Source: Mizuhopecten yessoensis
Lineage: Eukaryota
DNA length: 64,000 nucleotides
Assembly: GCF_002113885.1 (NCBI RefSeq)
Contig: NW_018405627.1
Span: 955,869-1,019,868, forward strand
Direction of reading: 5' to 3'
Shown here: positions 26,620 to 41,144 of the stretch, piece by piece
Layout: the number at the start of each line of letters is the position of its first letter
Numbering within the stretch: the stretch's first letter is position 1
Notes under the pieces: model-generated
The model's database searches: none
Told to the model about the DNA's origin: nothing
Seen by the model: the letters and a program-made list of their open reading frames with translations, nothing else
Made by a program: the position numbers and the translations under genes

Positions 26620-27378
26620 GTCTTAGGGATCTTATTTCGAAATTACGACTTTCATCTCATCAGTTATATGTAGAAGAAGGTCGGTATCGTAATATTCGGA
26701 GGGCGAATAGGTTATGCCGTTATTGTAATCAAAACTAGGTAGAGGACGAGTTCCATTTTGTTCTGATTTGTCCACTCTATGTTGATATTCGTAAAAAGTT
26801 CATTAAAAAGTATTACTGGAGCCGCCCATCTTCATATAAACTTGTCCAACTGCTGGCTGTACATAACAAAAAAGAGCTGTGTAATTTAGGAAAATATTTG
26901 CAATCAAGTTAGTTAGAACGGTCTAGATTCCAACCTTAGGTTATTGTGTTTTTTATCACACTAACATTTGAGTACTTGTTTATTTCCAGGTAAACACATA
27001 TTGTTTTGTCCATCCCCTGATCACTACATCACTGTATACAAATTGTATGCCTTTTTGTTTTGTTTTTATAATTAACATACTCTTTGTTGAGCCCCGTTAT
27101 TAAGAAAATGTTGTCACCTCATCTGTTTTCCGATAGCCACAGTACACTTAGGTGAGGTAATTTTATAAGAGCTGTCCATCTTCCGAAAATTTATTTATCT
27201 TGTACTTTATAATAATTTAAAGAATTATACTGTCCATTTAAACATGCGATGTACAAGATTATGATTCATTCATGATGTTATAATTATTTGGTATTTCATA
27301 TCACTGATGTATCAATTATACGTTGCTATATATGCTTATGAGCCGTAAGGCTTCAAGTTGAATAAACAATACAATACA
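26620..27378 (+). mobile_element. 3' end of a CR1-group LINE (ORF2 C-terminal CCHC region plus 3' UTR)
   Basis: LISKLRLSSHQLYVEEGRYRNIRRANRLCRYCNQN*VEDEFHFVLICPLYVDIRKKFIKKYYW; terminal stem-loop gccgtaaggc, AATAAA and (caata)n tail. Confidence 0.85.
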
Positions 27379-30181
27379 AATATAATCAAGTTATGGTTAA
27401 ATTGCTTTGTGGGCATAATTCTATTGTTCCTGTATTAGGTCATTCTTTTGTTACTTATGTCATATAACGTATGCTTTATCAAAACATTAAATAGGGGAAG
27501 ACACCAGACAATTTCAAAGTTACAAAAGTTACCGTTTATGCAATAGAACTTTGTATAAAGCGGTGAATTCTAGCATCTATGTGGCGAACAATTCAATTGT
27601 AGGGTTGTACAAAAACCAATTGCTACGCGACCTTTGATTTGCATTCCTTTCAGTGGAGAACAAAAAAAAACAAAAAAAAAACAGTGATATGCAATATGTT
27701 GGTTGCCGCTTGGTTGGTTTTGGATTTGACGTCACTCGTGCTAGGGCCACATGAAGACGACGTCTGCATTATTTCTAGCATTTGTTTAATCCTAATATAT
27801 ATATATAAATAAACCACGACAACGACATTTTTGAAGTTCATATAATGTGATCACTGGATACAAATCTGTTCTTTCTAAAGGAATATTCAATATTTAGTGT
27901 TCTTTATGAAGCGACTAGTGAGAGTTCATTATGAGAAAAATGTTTTTAAGATGGTTGTATTCTTAATTAAAAACAAACAACTAAAAGCTTCAGTGAGCAG
28001 ATTCTCGTTCGAAAATAAAATACGTAGCTTATATTTTCGATCGTATTTAATTTTCATTTGAATATCCAGTTTAATATTTAATCCATTAATTAGAGCAACA
28101 CTAAACTGACATGGTTTATGTTTCGATCGTGAGTAAACTAAATGAAATACGTCACAATACCATAATGCAACAGCGACGTTACATATATATTAATGTAACG
28201 CCAGTGACATTATGAATAGTTCATGCAATACAACCAAAACGCTTTTATGTGTGACGTTTCGATGACTAGTGCGTTATATACTCTGTACACTATTATAAAT
28301 GTATGTATCCCTCTCCCTCTATATCCGATTGCTTCTTTTGCACATACTTATCTTCCCATTGTCTTGCTATATCTCCGTCCGATTATTTATCGTTTTTTTC
28401 CGTATGGATGATTTTTTTCTTTTTCCATTTTTTAATTGAAAAGAACCTACATATGTTCAATCTGCTAACTAGCCAAATAATTGTATACCGTTAAAATTTC
28501 CTTTCAGTAAAACTATTACATTCGCCTGTAAGATCTATATTCCCCCAATATTAATTTCGCCGACACATTTGATCATTATGTTCATCGTGCCATATATTAT
28601 TATTCATTGTAGTGATAAAATTGCCCTCATTTCGGAGGGCAAAAAGGCAAAAGCAAAATTGCAGCGAAATATCTCGGTATAAAACGTTTAAGAATAATGG
28701 AGTTCCTGTCTCTCTATTACTATCACTAGATAGTAATATCTAGTGATGTGTACACTTGTGAAGAAACTGTCATTTTGCAATATGATAACACATTTGACAA
28801 TGCGGTATATACACTTGCATTCACGCGACACATTTGTAAGATTGGAAACACAGTAATATACATTGCATGTAGCTTTTGAAAACCGTGAAATATCGATAAT
28901 ATGAAGTTGCTTGTTTTCATTTTAACCAAAACATCAGAGGCTTATATCCAAAGGCGGACTAATGATATTAATGGCCATTTTCATAAGAACTATAAATTTC
29001 CTTAAAACCGTTTTCTAGCTGAATATTTCACATGGTGAAGATAAGATTTAAATTGAAAACGAATTATGATAAATATCACGAGGAAAGTCTATATTTTCTC
29101 TGGCGTGATGATCATTTGATAAGGAAATACATTGTATGTGATATATATTGGGGTCAAAAGAGGGACTGTGTTACTACGAGGAGTCGAATCATATTTTCAA
29201 GGCATGCCTTGTTCAAAACTATACTTTCCATCACGTGTTATCCTGGGTTGAGCTGCTAAAGTATTTATAGACACACAGATGTTTCAGTAAAATAACATTT
29301 AATGAAGAAATGTGAAAATAAGTTATTTGGGGCAAAATAAAAAAACGAGTTTCTACACAAAATCCAAATATTATTTTCAAGGCTAACTATTTCAAAGCAA
29401 CATTTTCGATCACGTGATGATCATATAATGAGCTGGTAAATTATTTATGAACACATGTAAATGTCCTAAAATCATTTTGATTATAATATCTTGAAATATG
29501 ATAACAAATTGTCAAATATGTTCATAAGCGGGAATGCCGCTTTTTTTTAATGGAATGTAAGGCTTATTTTCAACGCCTGTCTTTTATCATATTTACTATC
29601 GATGTTATATGATATGTTTTTAAACATTTTAAAAGCATGGTCCGTAGATCGAGAAACAATTATAGACTTTAGGCGTTTGCTTTGACGTCACGTTTTCATT
29701 ACGTTATTTATAACTGATAAAGTCAAAACTTTAGACAAGTTTAGACATAAGACCGATTCATGACCTCGGAGCCTGAGGTAGCATATGAACAAATAGATGA
29801 TATAACTGGCTTAATGCTTAATATCATTTGAATAAGTCAAATACAAATAGATGCCATGGAACCCTACCAAGAATATCGGAAGTGATCCTCTTGTCGTTCT
29901 AGGGTTTTGGGTTGATAAAAAAAATAATACCATATTTATACACCTAAGCCTGAGTAGTGGCATATTCCAGAGAGCAAATCAAAGCAGATAACAACTTGCT
30001 AAAGAATACAGTGGTGTACTTTGAAGGTAGAGCATTTACATTTTGTTTCATAGAATATGTTGTCGAAATAGGCAACAAGCTTAAGCTCGTCAAATATCAT
30101 TCAAAGTTTCGATTTCCTGAATAGCCAGTATAACAACACGACACGACATGCTTCCATTTTATCAGATAAAATATATATTAT

Positions 30182-31471
30182 CTAATTATTGCTCAGAAAG
30201 TAGCCATTCACAAATATAGTAACCGTCATTGATATGTTTGCCAGCAAAAAGAACCAGAAGCAGAAGAAATCAATTGCTGACGTCACATCAGGCCAAGTGA
30301 ACTCTTCACTCGATTCTGGTTCTTCGAATGCTTTAACGACAGTCGGCTCCTCTACCGACTTGGCGTTTTCTGGGGTTTTCTTGTCTTTTGAAACGCGTTC
30401 CTCGAATTGGCTTACATCCTGTACTTTCTGAGTAGACTTGAGGCAGCGGAACGTTTTGCTGAAACGAATCATGCATCTAGCAAACTTGGGAATGGCACGA
30501 GAACTGTCTCGGTAGTGGATTCGGAGTTCCAGTGTCGTAATCATGACAATTGCTGTTCCCATACACAGAAGTAATATCAGGTACAAACTCAGTAACGACA
30601 TGGAGGCGCTAGATGGAAGTGACGCACTTACAATTGTTAGAAAAACTGCAAATGCCAGATACACTGTCATGATGTAGCCCATCTTCTCTCCACTGTCAAC
30701 GGGTAGAGCAAATACAAAGATAGAAAGCAATGACAACATGACAATGGGAAGCACAACGTTGTATGAAATGTACTGAGGTTTCCTCTTTACCGTGATAGAG
30801 AACGTGACAACAGCTCCATCCAGATTTGATTGCGTTGCGTTTGAAGATGTTTTGATAATATCCCATTCACCGTTCGGCTGATATTCATCTAGTAATATTC
30901 CTTTACTGCCTAGCTCAACGTCAACGTCACTCAGTGGGGTCATCCAAACTCCAAATTTGATGTCGCATGTTTGTTTGTCAAAAGGGAAATACTCTATGCT
31001 AATAGAACATTTCGTCTCGAACACCTCGAAAGGACGCCATTCGATGTGACCGTCGTTCGATATTCTAGTCAGTAAAAAGTCATCCCCAAGCTCCTTAAGT
31101 TTTGTAAAACCATTTTTCAAAGCAATGTCTGGTTTCCATATAGCACTCTGTTGAACGTATATGATGTTAGTGTTATTATAGTTGGATGGGTCCCATTGCA
31201 TATATTCGTCTATCCAGAAAATATCCAAGAATGCCGTGGAAGACATTTTTTCTTGAACCTCGTCGATGTCGGTTATTCCAATAAGATTCAAATTCAAGTA
31301 CAATATAATAAGGTGTGACTGGTCTGCAGCAGGACGAACCATCTTGTTGTAAGAGTTGGTTGTAAAGATGTTTGTGAGTAGGGCCTTTACATTATCATGT
31401 GTGTTTGATATGACAAGGCACGGTAATATGAACACCACACCAAGTAGTATAACCGGTAATTTACTTCCCAT
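30182..31471 (-). CDS. nAChR-like Cys-loop ligand-gated ion channel subunit B (intronless, non-alpha, 429 aa)
   Basis: Close paralogue of A; Cys-loop CSISIEYFPFDKQTC, GEK-M2, four TM helices, no vicinal Cys. Confidence 0.95.
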   Translation of the reverse strand: MGSKLPVILLGVVFILPCLVISNTHDNVKALLTNIFTTNSYNKMVRPAADQSHLIILYLNLNLIGITDIDEVQEKMSSTAFLDIFWIDEYMQWDPSNYNNTNIIYVQQSAIWKPDIALKNGFTKLKELGDDFLLTRISNDGHIEWRPFEVFETKCSISIEYFPFDKQTCDIKFGVWMTPLSDVDVELGSKGILLDEYQPNGEWDIIKTSSNATQSNLDGAVVTFSITVKRKPQYISYNVVLPIVMLSLLSIFVFALPVDSGEKMGYIMTVYLAFAVFLTIVSASLPSSASMSLLSLYLILLLCMGTAIVMITTLELRIHYRDSSRAIPKFARCMIRFSKTFRCLKSTQKVQDVSQFEERVSKDKKTPENAKSVEEPTVVKAFEEPESSEEFTWPDVTSAIDFFCFWFFLLANISMTVTIFVNGYFLSNN

Positions 31472-33854
31472 GGTTATCGCTGAATATGTCGTTCACTTGA
31501 ATCAAATTTGCAGAAAAAAAACTGCTGAAAGAATAACTTCACTTTTCAGGCATGTTCTACTTCCATATGGAATATGGTCTGAATATTCATAAAAGTTTCA
31601 AAGCAGCATTGTGTGGTCTTGCAAAATGATTAATAGAAATGGTTTCCAAAATCTGGGTGGCAATCGTTCACCCAAGTCCACAGTAAATGCCTCAAATATG
31701 TAACAAGTACGTAGTTGTTATCTTACCAGTTCACGAGAGTGTGAGGGCACCTTTATAGTTACCCACGGTTAATAGTGCAGATAATTCGTCACGAAATTTT
31801 AGGACTATCTACTGGCCCTTCCTTTGGTTACCTATAAATAATATATATATATTTAAATTCATCTCTTTTCACAACACCCTTTTGAGGAGGCATGCGCTTA
31901 TACAAATATTATTGACCGAAGACAAATGAAAGACAAGCTTAGCGATGTACAGTGTGACGATTGGAATAACTTTCCCGGCGTTAGTTTCTATCCGATTAAA
32001 TATGACGAAACCCTTTCTAAACATTTGATCTCCCTAGCCTAATCATTAGTATGTTATAAAAACAGGGTATAAACTATCCAATAAATGTTTACCCAAGAAC
32101 TATTTCCACAGAGTAGATGTATCAACTTGCAGACAATAGAATTGTTCTGTGTTAACGGGACCTCTTCATCAAAAGCCGTACACACTTCAAACCATATTGC
32201 CCGATCTTATCACATTTTAACGGTTCTTGTTTGTTTGTTTGTACGTTTGTTTTTTGTAAGATTTCTGACATATTATGCAATCAGCCATAAATCAGTATAC
32301 ATTTTTTAACGATGCTGGCTAGTATCAAAGTGTAGTATCTCATGATTTTTTCTCTACTTAAGACTGGCATTTTTCTATACACAGATTTTGATACGAGTCT
32401 CCCTTCTTCCACACTTTATTATTGATGGAAAATATTTTGAACGTATCCTTTCTTATGCTATTTTAGAATGTTAACATTTCCCTAGATAATGTATCTTCAT
32501 TTTCGCTTTCATATGGTTTGTATGGTTTTAGTATTTCGTTTTCGTTTTGTTTTTTGTTTTTGTTTTTGTTTTGTTCTGAAAATTGCCAGATGCATCCGGG
32601 AAAAATAAGATCTAACGACCAACAAAAAACTAAATAGTATCTATATGCTCTATACTTATGTTTCTTAGTTGGTCGTGAGATCTTATTTTTTCTATACTTA
32701 CATACTTCACATCGACAATTAATCTTTTTTGTTAAATAAATATATATACAATGTAAATGGGTGAGTTGGTCACTCCTCCATATCACTTCGTCCGCTATTT
32801 AACTGCCAATGGCCATTTTTGGATTATATTTACTGTTTGTTTTTGTCACATCACAACAAGTATTGCATTACAATTCAGATGACCGTTACGGTCCACGAAC
32901 CTCTTGTTTAAATAGATAGAAGCACAAGACATTATTGAACACGATTCTCCCTTCTGATACACACTACAGAATTAAGGGAGAATATTGTGGACGCATTATC
33001 TCCTTTTTATATATTACAACTGTAACACTACTCCAGAAACTCAAGAGAATATATTCATTTACGCATATTTTGTTGAAACTTCGATTGTCTCATTTATTTT
33101 AATATTCACATTGTTTATAAAATTGACTCGTTAAACTTAGTATGCAAGTATGATCCGTTCTACTTGGCTGCACCTTAAAGCGTAGCACCTTACTAAAATA
33201 TTTTCAAAGATAATCTCTATTACTTGGAGGTATATAACCCTTTTGTATAACCTGAATTTGGCAGTTTGATGAGCGTAATTAAAACACGTTTTTCAGGGTC
33301 AGTTTAAAAGCTGTTTGCATGTAGCCTAGTACCTTTGTAAACAATTAACATATGTAGAGAGATAACATCAGAATGTTTAATATCTCGTTCAACATAAATT
33401 GAGAAAGTGAAAAAAAGGAATATTAACCAATAGTGATGAATATAACGACTTTAATCAACTCAAGCAAAAGACTTAATGATAAGAAACGTATATATTAACA
33501 CTTTTCGGGTTCACAACGCTGAGAACAATAAACACGATAGAATCAGTTCAATTCACCTCAAAATATTTTATAGATGATACATTAGAACTACAATAAGACA
33601 GATGAGCAACTTATATGAAATATAAAACAATACATGAATTATCAAAAGGATGATATAGTAGAGAACATTACCTGTGTATTACATAATCATGAGGTACATT
33701 AAATATAAAGTGCATTTATTAAAAACAAAAAATTAAAAACAAAATATCAGTCAAACATCTCAACATATTTCCATATAAATTACACAATTTAAGTTGTATG
33801 AGGTATGAGTAGAAACAAAACCAATCGATTACAAGATATTCAATCATCATGCTG

Positions 33855-34032
33855 TTGCATATTGCAGAGTTATCTTCTCTTAGGAGCAGGTATTGATTGT
33901 TACGTCACTTGTTTGTGAGAATAACGTCATCAGTTTTTGAGAAAACGACGTAATTTTCTCACACAAACCAATGACGTAACAATCAATACCTGCTCCCAAG
34001 AGAAGATAACTCTGCAATACGCAAAGACGGAA
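33855..34032. mobile_element. Palindromic MITE, copy 3 of 3 (inverted interior)
   Basis: Same family as 10258 and 14145. Confidence 0.9.
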
Positions 34033-34377
34033 TAAGTTATAGTTAGCTAAGTGTAAATGTACATTATGTTTATATACAATGTTATCAGTTATTGGTACGT
34101 AACCTAATGTAGGAAAGTAATAGTATATCAATGAGGTACGTGATTTTGTATAAACATCTACGCTACTGTAGTTTGCAAACGTTCATTGTTAAACATGAAT
34201 ATACTCCAACAATCCATCCGGGCCTTTCATTTCATTCTCACCGGAATATACATATAATAAAATGCTGTCTCCTTGTATAATTTAGATAAGCAATATGTAG
34301 GTGTATGCAATTGAGTTATATGACATTCCTTAATATACCGCCACCATTGGGCTATCGCAGTGAACATATCATTGTGA

Positions 34378-34448
34378 CAATCGGGAACCGACGGCACTTT
34401 CCGTAAATGTTTTCCTCGTTTACGGAAAGTCCCGACGGTTCCCAATTG
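34378..34448. mobile_element. About 70-bp micro-MITE
   Basis: TIR CAATCGGGAACCG; flanks atcattgtga/atcgttgtga; second copy at 52858. Confidence 0.75.
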
Positions 34449-36943
34449 ATCGTTGTGAATGAATTAATGTGTATTACATATGCGCTGACAAGTAGAAGAT
34501 ACCACTGTCTTATTATGACCCTGGCGTTAAATTCTAAATAAACCAATTAACTGTAAATATGCGTTATTACAAAATAATAAAAATCATCAGTACTGCTTTA
34601 GTTTATATCAAACCATATTTTATTCATGTTAATTAACATATACAATTATAAAGACATTTCAAATACTGCTGTGCACTCACTGACACCGTTAAAGGTCAAT
34701 TGATCTATCACTTAAAAGTTCGGAAAGTGACAAAGGGAGGCAACGGCGTCAACAGTAAGTGTGGTACATGTAGGAGCTATATATGCTTTGTTTCGTTATT
34801 ATCCCATAACGATGTAACGGTGTTCATGTCTTGTTATTGCCCTTCGCTAGGTGACGCAGACGCTGTTACATGTAGCTAGGGCTGTTATCAAAGCAAAGCA
34901 AATTTTGGATTTAAATGTTTCAATCAAATATACTTACTTATTCAAAAACCAAGTACACAATGACGTTGGATACATCTGTCTTTTTACACAAAACATATGG
35001 AGAAATGACGGTCACTTTGCTAATTTGCACAATCCGCCATCTTGGATAAAATGGCGGCCATTTGGCCCATTCCGGATATTATTTGCCGGGATGTCAAATT
35101 TCCCTACACACCGTCTAAGTATGGGTTACAAGTTAATTAGTGCGATCCATTAAAAACTCGAGGTTCCTGGAGTAGATGAACTTTTGAAGCGAGGGCGCCT
35201 ATATGTTCTATGCAATCGAATACTGGAAAACGACCAAATAGCCATTTTCTGCACTTTCGATCGAATTTTTCGATGCTATCTCCGTGATCTAGATAAGTTG
35301 CCGAGATTCGCTCGGTAACTTCCGGTTTAGAAAAACACAGTTTATGAGGTGTTTTAAGAATATTTGCAATATCCGAGGTTCCTGAAGCATTTGAAAAGTG
35401 GATTTTCTTCAATTTGACATAAAATCAAAGGGGCACCATAGGGGATTATGTAAAAACATCGTATTCTTCTGAAAGTGAAAGGAGTCTCCATGTTTTTGTG
35501 ACACTCTATCGACTTGAAAGAGGTACGAAAAGGATTCATATAAAATATTTACTTATTCAATCCTTTCAGATAAACTGAATTTGATATATATTACTGTGGG
35601 TAGAAGTACAAGAATGCTATTGTACACGAATGGCCACATGATTTGAAAAAATAGCTTACATTAACAACTTCTCACTGATCTTACATGTTATTTGTAAATT
35701 ATTTAATATTTCTTTTTAGTTATTTTTTCCAGAACATGCCGTGACATAAAGTTTGTCCCTGTTTCAGACAACGTTGTTAAATAAATGTGTAGACAATCTT
35801 TTATTCTAAGTTGGTATCACATATGAACGTACATGCTCGATCACCTCATAATTTGTATACGTCAAAATAGGAGCAAAAACGGATTTTCAGGACGAAAAAT
35901 TAAAGCATAATGATACATGTACTTGAAGCTAATCCATGTTGTTATATTTTTTAATTTATAAGTCAATCCGTCTGCCTTATTGTTGAATGAGATATGTTAG
36001 TTTATCAGTCGTTCCAACTAACTTTATTTAAATTCAACATTTGAAAAAGAGCTGGTATTCCAGCCTAGCCTCCGAAATGATCATCTGAGACATATAAATG
36101 TAATCCTTCTCTCCGGGGCAGTCTTGTCCTCGTATTGCACCTTTCATCTGTTACATATAAATAAACATTGTCCTCAGTATATTAAGAAACATCCGTCAGC
36201 CCGTGATTATTCTGTCCTGATTGTTTTAGAATCTCTGTATCACCACGGACTTAGATTATCTAATTCCGTGGTGTCACGTATACTAACTGTACTACTGCAA
36301 TATATATGAGATTGCAATAGTCATATTTGGTATTGTTTTNATTTTGTAGGTTAATGTTTCAAAACTAATATCTTAAATGTTTTCTTACATATAAATAAAA
36401 TACGATTTGTATATAGTGTAGACGTAACAAGTACAAAATGCTCATTGTTTATGCTCCTTCATCGGAAGTATAGAATGTGCGAGAATGACAGCTGTCTGGC
36501 TATATATTCCATATTTTCCCTTATATTTAAGAAGTTATGTAACTCCCGTTCCTGTTATTTTTGATAAATCTTGTTCAATGTGACCAGTTGGTTAATTTTA
36601 TTCTACAGATTTGTCTTAAAATACGCCGAAATCGTAACTAAAATGAGCCTGGGAACAAAAAAAAAATATGTTGGTTGCCATGGTGGCGCGGAAAAACTCT
36701 GATGATCACGTGATCAAACATGCTCCGCCCCTCATTAATATTCATGAGCAAAAGTGGCCCTCATTTCTCCATATGCTAAATACATGAAATAGAATCTAAA
36801 AGAAGAGTTGATTCTCTCTTCTGTCTAGCTTATGTGCCGAAGGAAATTAAACATGAACATTTATTTCCACATTGGATAAAATAAACACGATTGAAGGATC
36901 GATTAAATAGTTGGGTTTTTTTTCTTCAAATTCGGCATGGTTG

Positions 36944-39522
36944 CTAGGCGTGACTTTCCTGATATCCTGTCAAAAATAACACTAATGTCCCTAACATAAC
37001 TGTTGTGAGAAAAATCCAGAAACAGTAAAAGTCAATAGCGGCAGAAACAGACATCCACGATATTGTAACAATGTCCTCGTCTTTGTCATCGACGGTGGAC
37101 GTTTTCGTGACTGTATCTGTCGCCTGATCGACAACCTTTCGTCGGCGTCTTCGGCATTGGAGAACCAGACTGAATCTCACGAGACATTGCACCCATCCCG
37201 GGATTTCACGGGAACTGTCTCTAAAATGAATTCTTAGTTCAACTGCTGTTATCACAATTATTAAAGTACCTACAACTAAAAGAAATATAAGATACTTTCC
37301 TAAAAGAGACATGTATGACGAAACCGGAAGTGACGCACTTACAATTGTAAGAAACACCGCAAAGGCTAAATACACTGTCATACAGAAACCAAGTTTTTCA
37401 CCACTATCTACTGGAATCGCAAATGTAAACACAGATAAAATTGAAAGCAGGAGAATTGGAGCCACGACATTGTATATATAGTACTGTGGTTTACGATCCA
37501 TGTAGAGCGAAAACTTGACATTAGCATTGTTAGATTTAGATATGTAAGTTGTGGCACTGGTTTCAGTTAAATCCCATTCGCCATTCTCTTGATAGCTGTC
37601 TTCAGTCATCGCTGCAACTCCTACTCTGACCATGACGTCATCGACTTCGCTCGTCCAGACTCCGACGTTAATATCACATTTTTGTTTGTCGAAGGGAAAG
37701 TATGTGATGTCCATGGAACATTTTGTTTCAAAAATTTCGTACGGAACCCAGTAAACGGTTCCGTCGCTTTTGATATTAAGCAAGAGAAAGCTGTCACCTA
37801 GCTCCGTCATCTTCGTGAAGCCATTTTCCAATGCTATGTCGGGCCTCCACACTTTCGACTGTGGCACGAGGATCTGTTAAGACGAGCAGTCAGCAGATGT
37901 ATTACATGTATATCAGGTTTAGTGAGTCGCAAATAAAAGTGTATTTTGGATTTATAAATGTTTACATTGATAAGGGTTCATTAGAAGCAATATAAATACT
38001 AAAATCAAAAATACGCCACTCGCTAGAATTATTGCTCAAACATTGAGTTATTTAATTGATGAAAAAATTAATGTTTATTATGCAATAGTGTGATGAGGTA
38101 GTTTATAAGGCATTGGATTTTTAGTTTTTGTTTTAAATCAAATATCTGACAAAAGGTGGGAGACGCATAAGGCGGGTATTTTGTTTCATAGGAGGATTAC
38201 TTTCCTAAATGGCAAAAGACGTTGGAAATGTTTTCAGGTTGCAATACAAACCTATGGGCTTGTTAGAGTCGTGTGCTACGCCATGTCAATCGGTAAAGGA
38301 TCGATCAGACATTGATCAGATTAAAAATGTGTGCATATTATGTCATATTTACACCTACTATTTAAGGAATCCCAAAAGACGAAACTCATAATAATAGATA
38401 ATAATATTTCGAGGTTCTTATATACCGCTTTATCGCAACCTAGTTGGTAGGTTATCTGTGGTTGCAACCACTCGACTTTCTCGACTCCCTGGGGAGCATA
38501 CAGCCAGAGCTGTCATTTCGGCGCTCATAGAGCTAGCATTCAACAATTCTAGCACTGCCCACACCACGTACTCATTTACAGTTGAGTAGACTGGAACAAG
38601 TGGAGTAAGTATCTTGCTCAGGGATACAACACAGTGCCGTGCCGTACCGTGCCGTGCCGTGCTGTGCTGTGACTCGAACCCGCAACCCTTTGGTCACGAG
38701 CCCGGCGTCCTACCACTAGACTACCGTGTCCTCTCGAAATTCCTAAACTAAAACAATACATACATATATACATAATTTGAAAGTGACAAATCGTCAGTAC
38801 AAAAATGTCCATGTATGCCGTTGTATGGAGATTTTGACGTTGAAACTGACTTTCCAAACTTACGTGAGGCCAGTATTTAATACATTTAATACTGGACTAA
38901 CTAAAGGACGAAAATCCAATGCCTTATAAGCTACCCCTACTTCATCGTAAAACTCAAACCAGCATATTTTCAAAAAACACTAAAATTCAACACTTTAGTT
39001 GTATGTATATTGATTGCAATAATAATCCTATGACAACAAACACACATGTATTCGGGAAAAAAAATACATTGATTTCCAAAACTCACATTTTGAAGTTTTG
39101 CATTAGGACCTGACGAATCATTAAGTTAACCAGACTTTGATCGACTTGGGTAAGATGACGTGAATATCGACGTCACGAATAAGTGTGCTTAATAAGGTTA
39201 TACGAACCGAAGAGAGTCCTCCGTATGTCGCCGGGTCCCACATCAAGTGTTCGTCTGTCCAGAACAAAGTAAGGAATACTGTCGTTGTAAGTTTTTCCTC
39301 CACTTGGTCAACATCCGTTATACCTGCTAGGTTAAAGACGACAGTCACATACGTTGGATAGAACTGGTTGTAAGTCGGTCGGATTTCTTTGTTGTAAGAT
39401 CCGGTGACAAATAACGCCGTCGTCAGGTTTTGGACGTCATCGAACGTCGATGCTGACGTCATTGAAGTCACAATGAAGATCACGCTGACTATTAAGATGC
39501 TTGTCACGTTATATTTAGACAT
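36944..39522 (-). CDS. nAChR-like Cys-loop subunit C, two coding exons (39208-39522 and 36944-37873), about 414 aa
   Basis: Phase-0 intron TCG|GTTCGT…TTAACAG|ATC joins WDPATYGGLSS-ILVPQSKVWRPD, collinear with intronless A/B; Cys-loop CSMDITYFPFDKQKC, GEK-M2, M4 intact. Confidence 0.9.
38390..38734 (-). mobile_element. tRNA-derived CORE-SINE, copy 2 (in the intron of subunit C)
   Basis: Closely similar to 25190-25514, with an expanded (GCCGT)n tract. Confidence 0.85.
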
Positions 39523-41144
39523 GCTTGTAGTCAATACTTAAGAGGTATAATGGAAAGTGGTTAACAAATTTGTATATCTATGTTACCTAATTTGCATTGA
39601 GTAATGTATTTAATATCCGAAACTTTACGGGCATTACATAATTCTTATAAGAATAAAAAATAAATTGAAAGATTAGCACGTTTCGGTTATAATTTCATAA
39701 ATAGAGGACTTATTCAACCATGCGTCCTGATTTATAAGTAATCTGGAAGTAAAAAAAAAGAAGATAAAATTAACAATTTATTAATCTACATTAGATACAT
39801 AATTCGACACAATAGCTACTACCGCACAAAGTACTGGTGGATGTTTCTATACATTCCTCTATCATTAATATGATACCATAAAGAAATGTATACATATAAT
39901 CAGATATTTATGTTTTGTTTTCTGTACTAAAACAAATGCTGATGCTATACAAAATGGAAACTGTTATTTACAAAAGAAATTGACATTTACTTACCATTGT
40001 GTTACAACCCGAGTGTTGGATTTCTCTAGCATAGAGTGCAATGAGCCGACAGTTCGCAAGCAGATAAAATAAAAACAGTATAATCTAAGAGTCATGTCTG
40101 AGGATCAATAGAGGGTTTTTTATTGAAGTTATTCTAAAATATGTTCTTAAATAAAAAAAATATATATATCTTGTTGATTTTTTTCTGGTAGAAATCTAGA
40201 CAACCCTAACCGAGTTTTGATATATAGCATTTCAGACACGTTATAACTATAAGAATTTTATCAGATATATTTAGATTCCCATTTGAACCCCTTAAAGGAT
40301 AATTAGTAATCCTGTTTTTTTAAATTGACGTATATGTACCTAAAACAGTCGATAATCCTATTTTCAATACAGTTGTACAGCTAGCATGAATTAAACCATT
40401 TTAATCCTGTTGATCAACACATACACAAGTTATATTTAAGATTATAGAGTTAGGAATCAACTGATTCAATGTCGATCCAGTTACTAGGTAGAGGTCACTC
40501 AAATCGTGTGACGGATCGGGCCTAACAACAGGGTCAATATATAGAATAAGCGGATTAATGGCACGTTTTACTGATTTATTATCTAGACTCGAAACACAGA
40601 ATCAATAAAGCTTAATTATAGATAACAAATTTGGAGTAGTTCATTCTTCCTATTACATCCGTCTGGTCCCTTCTTCATCTCGTGATCGGTCGACGTCATT
40701 GGTTTTTAATGACGAATTTTGCAATCACTTAAATGCCATATATCACATGACAATGTTTGAAAACACTTCCAACATGTCTTTACATCCTTGCGAACCTGTC
40801 AGATTTCATTCCAATTGGAAGAGGTCACTAAGAATAAATGCGAGATGAAAGCAGTTTTAGGTCCCCGCACAATACTTATTGAGTGATCAATGACGTCATT
40901 AAGTTATGACGTCATAATACATTCTTTTTTTTAGTGTAGTATAACCACCTATATGTGTATAATACGTATACGCGCACCTGCCTATAGATAACTGACAAGT
41001 GAAACATGTTTGCTAGGAGGACATAAACAATTTAGATGAATAACTATATTCAATAATTTATATATAACCCAGCTCGACCATAGTCCGTAGTGTATCAAGA
41101 TACCCAGACCACGAGAAAAGAAGGGGCCAGGGCTACGCCTTGTC

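Noticed and set aside
39121-39207. C-terminal tails of ORFs 39121-39534 and 51871-52380 as short secreted proteins or AChBP
   Set aside because: Tails are intron read-through past clear donor sites; downstream exons supply the rest of the channel
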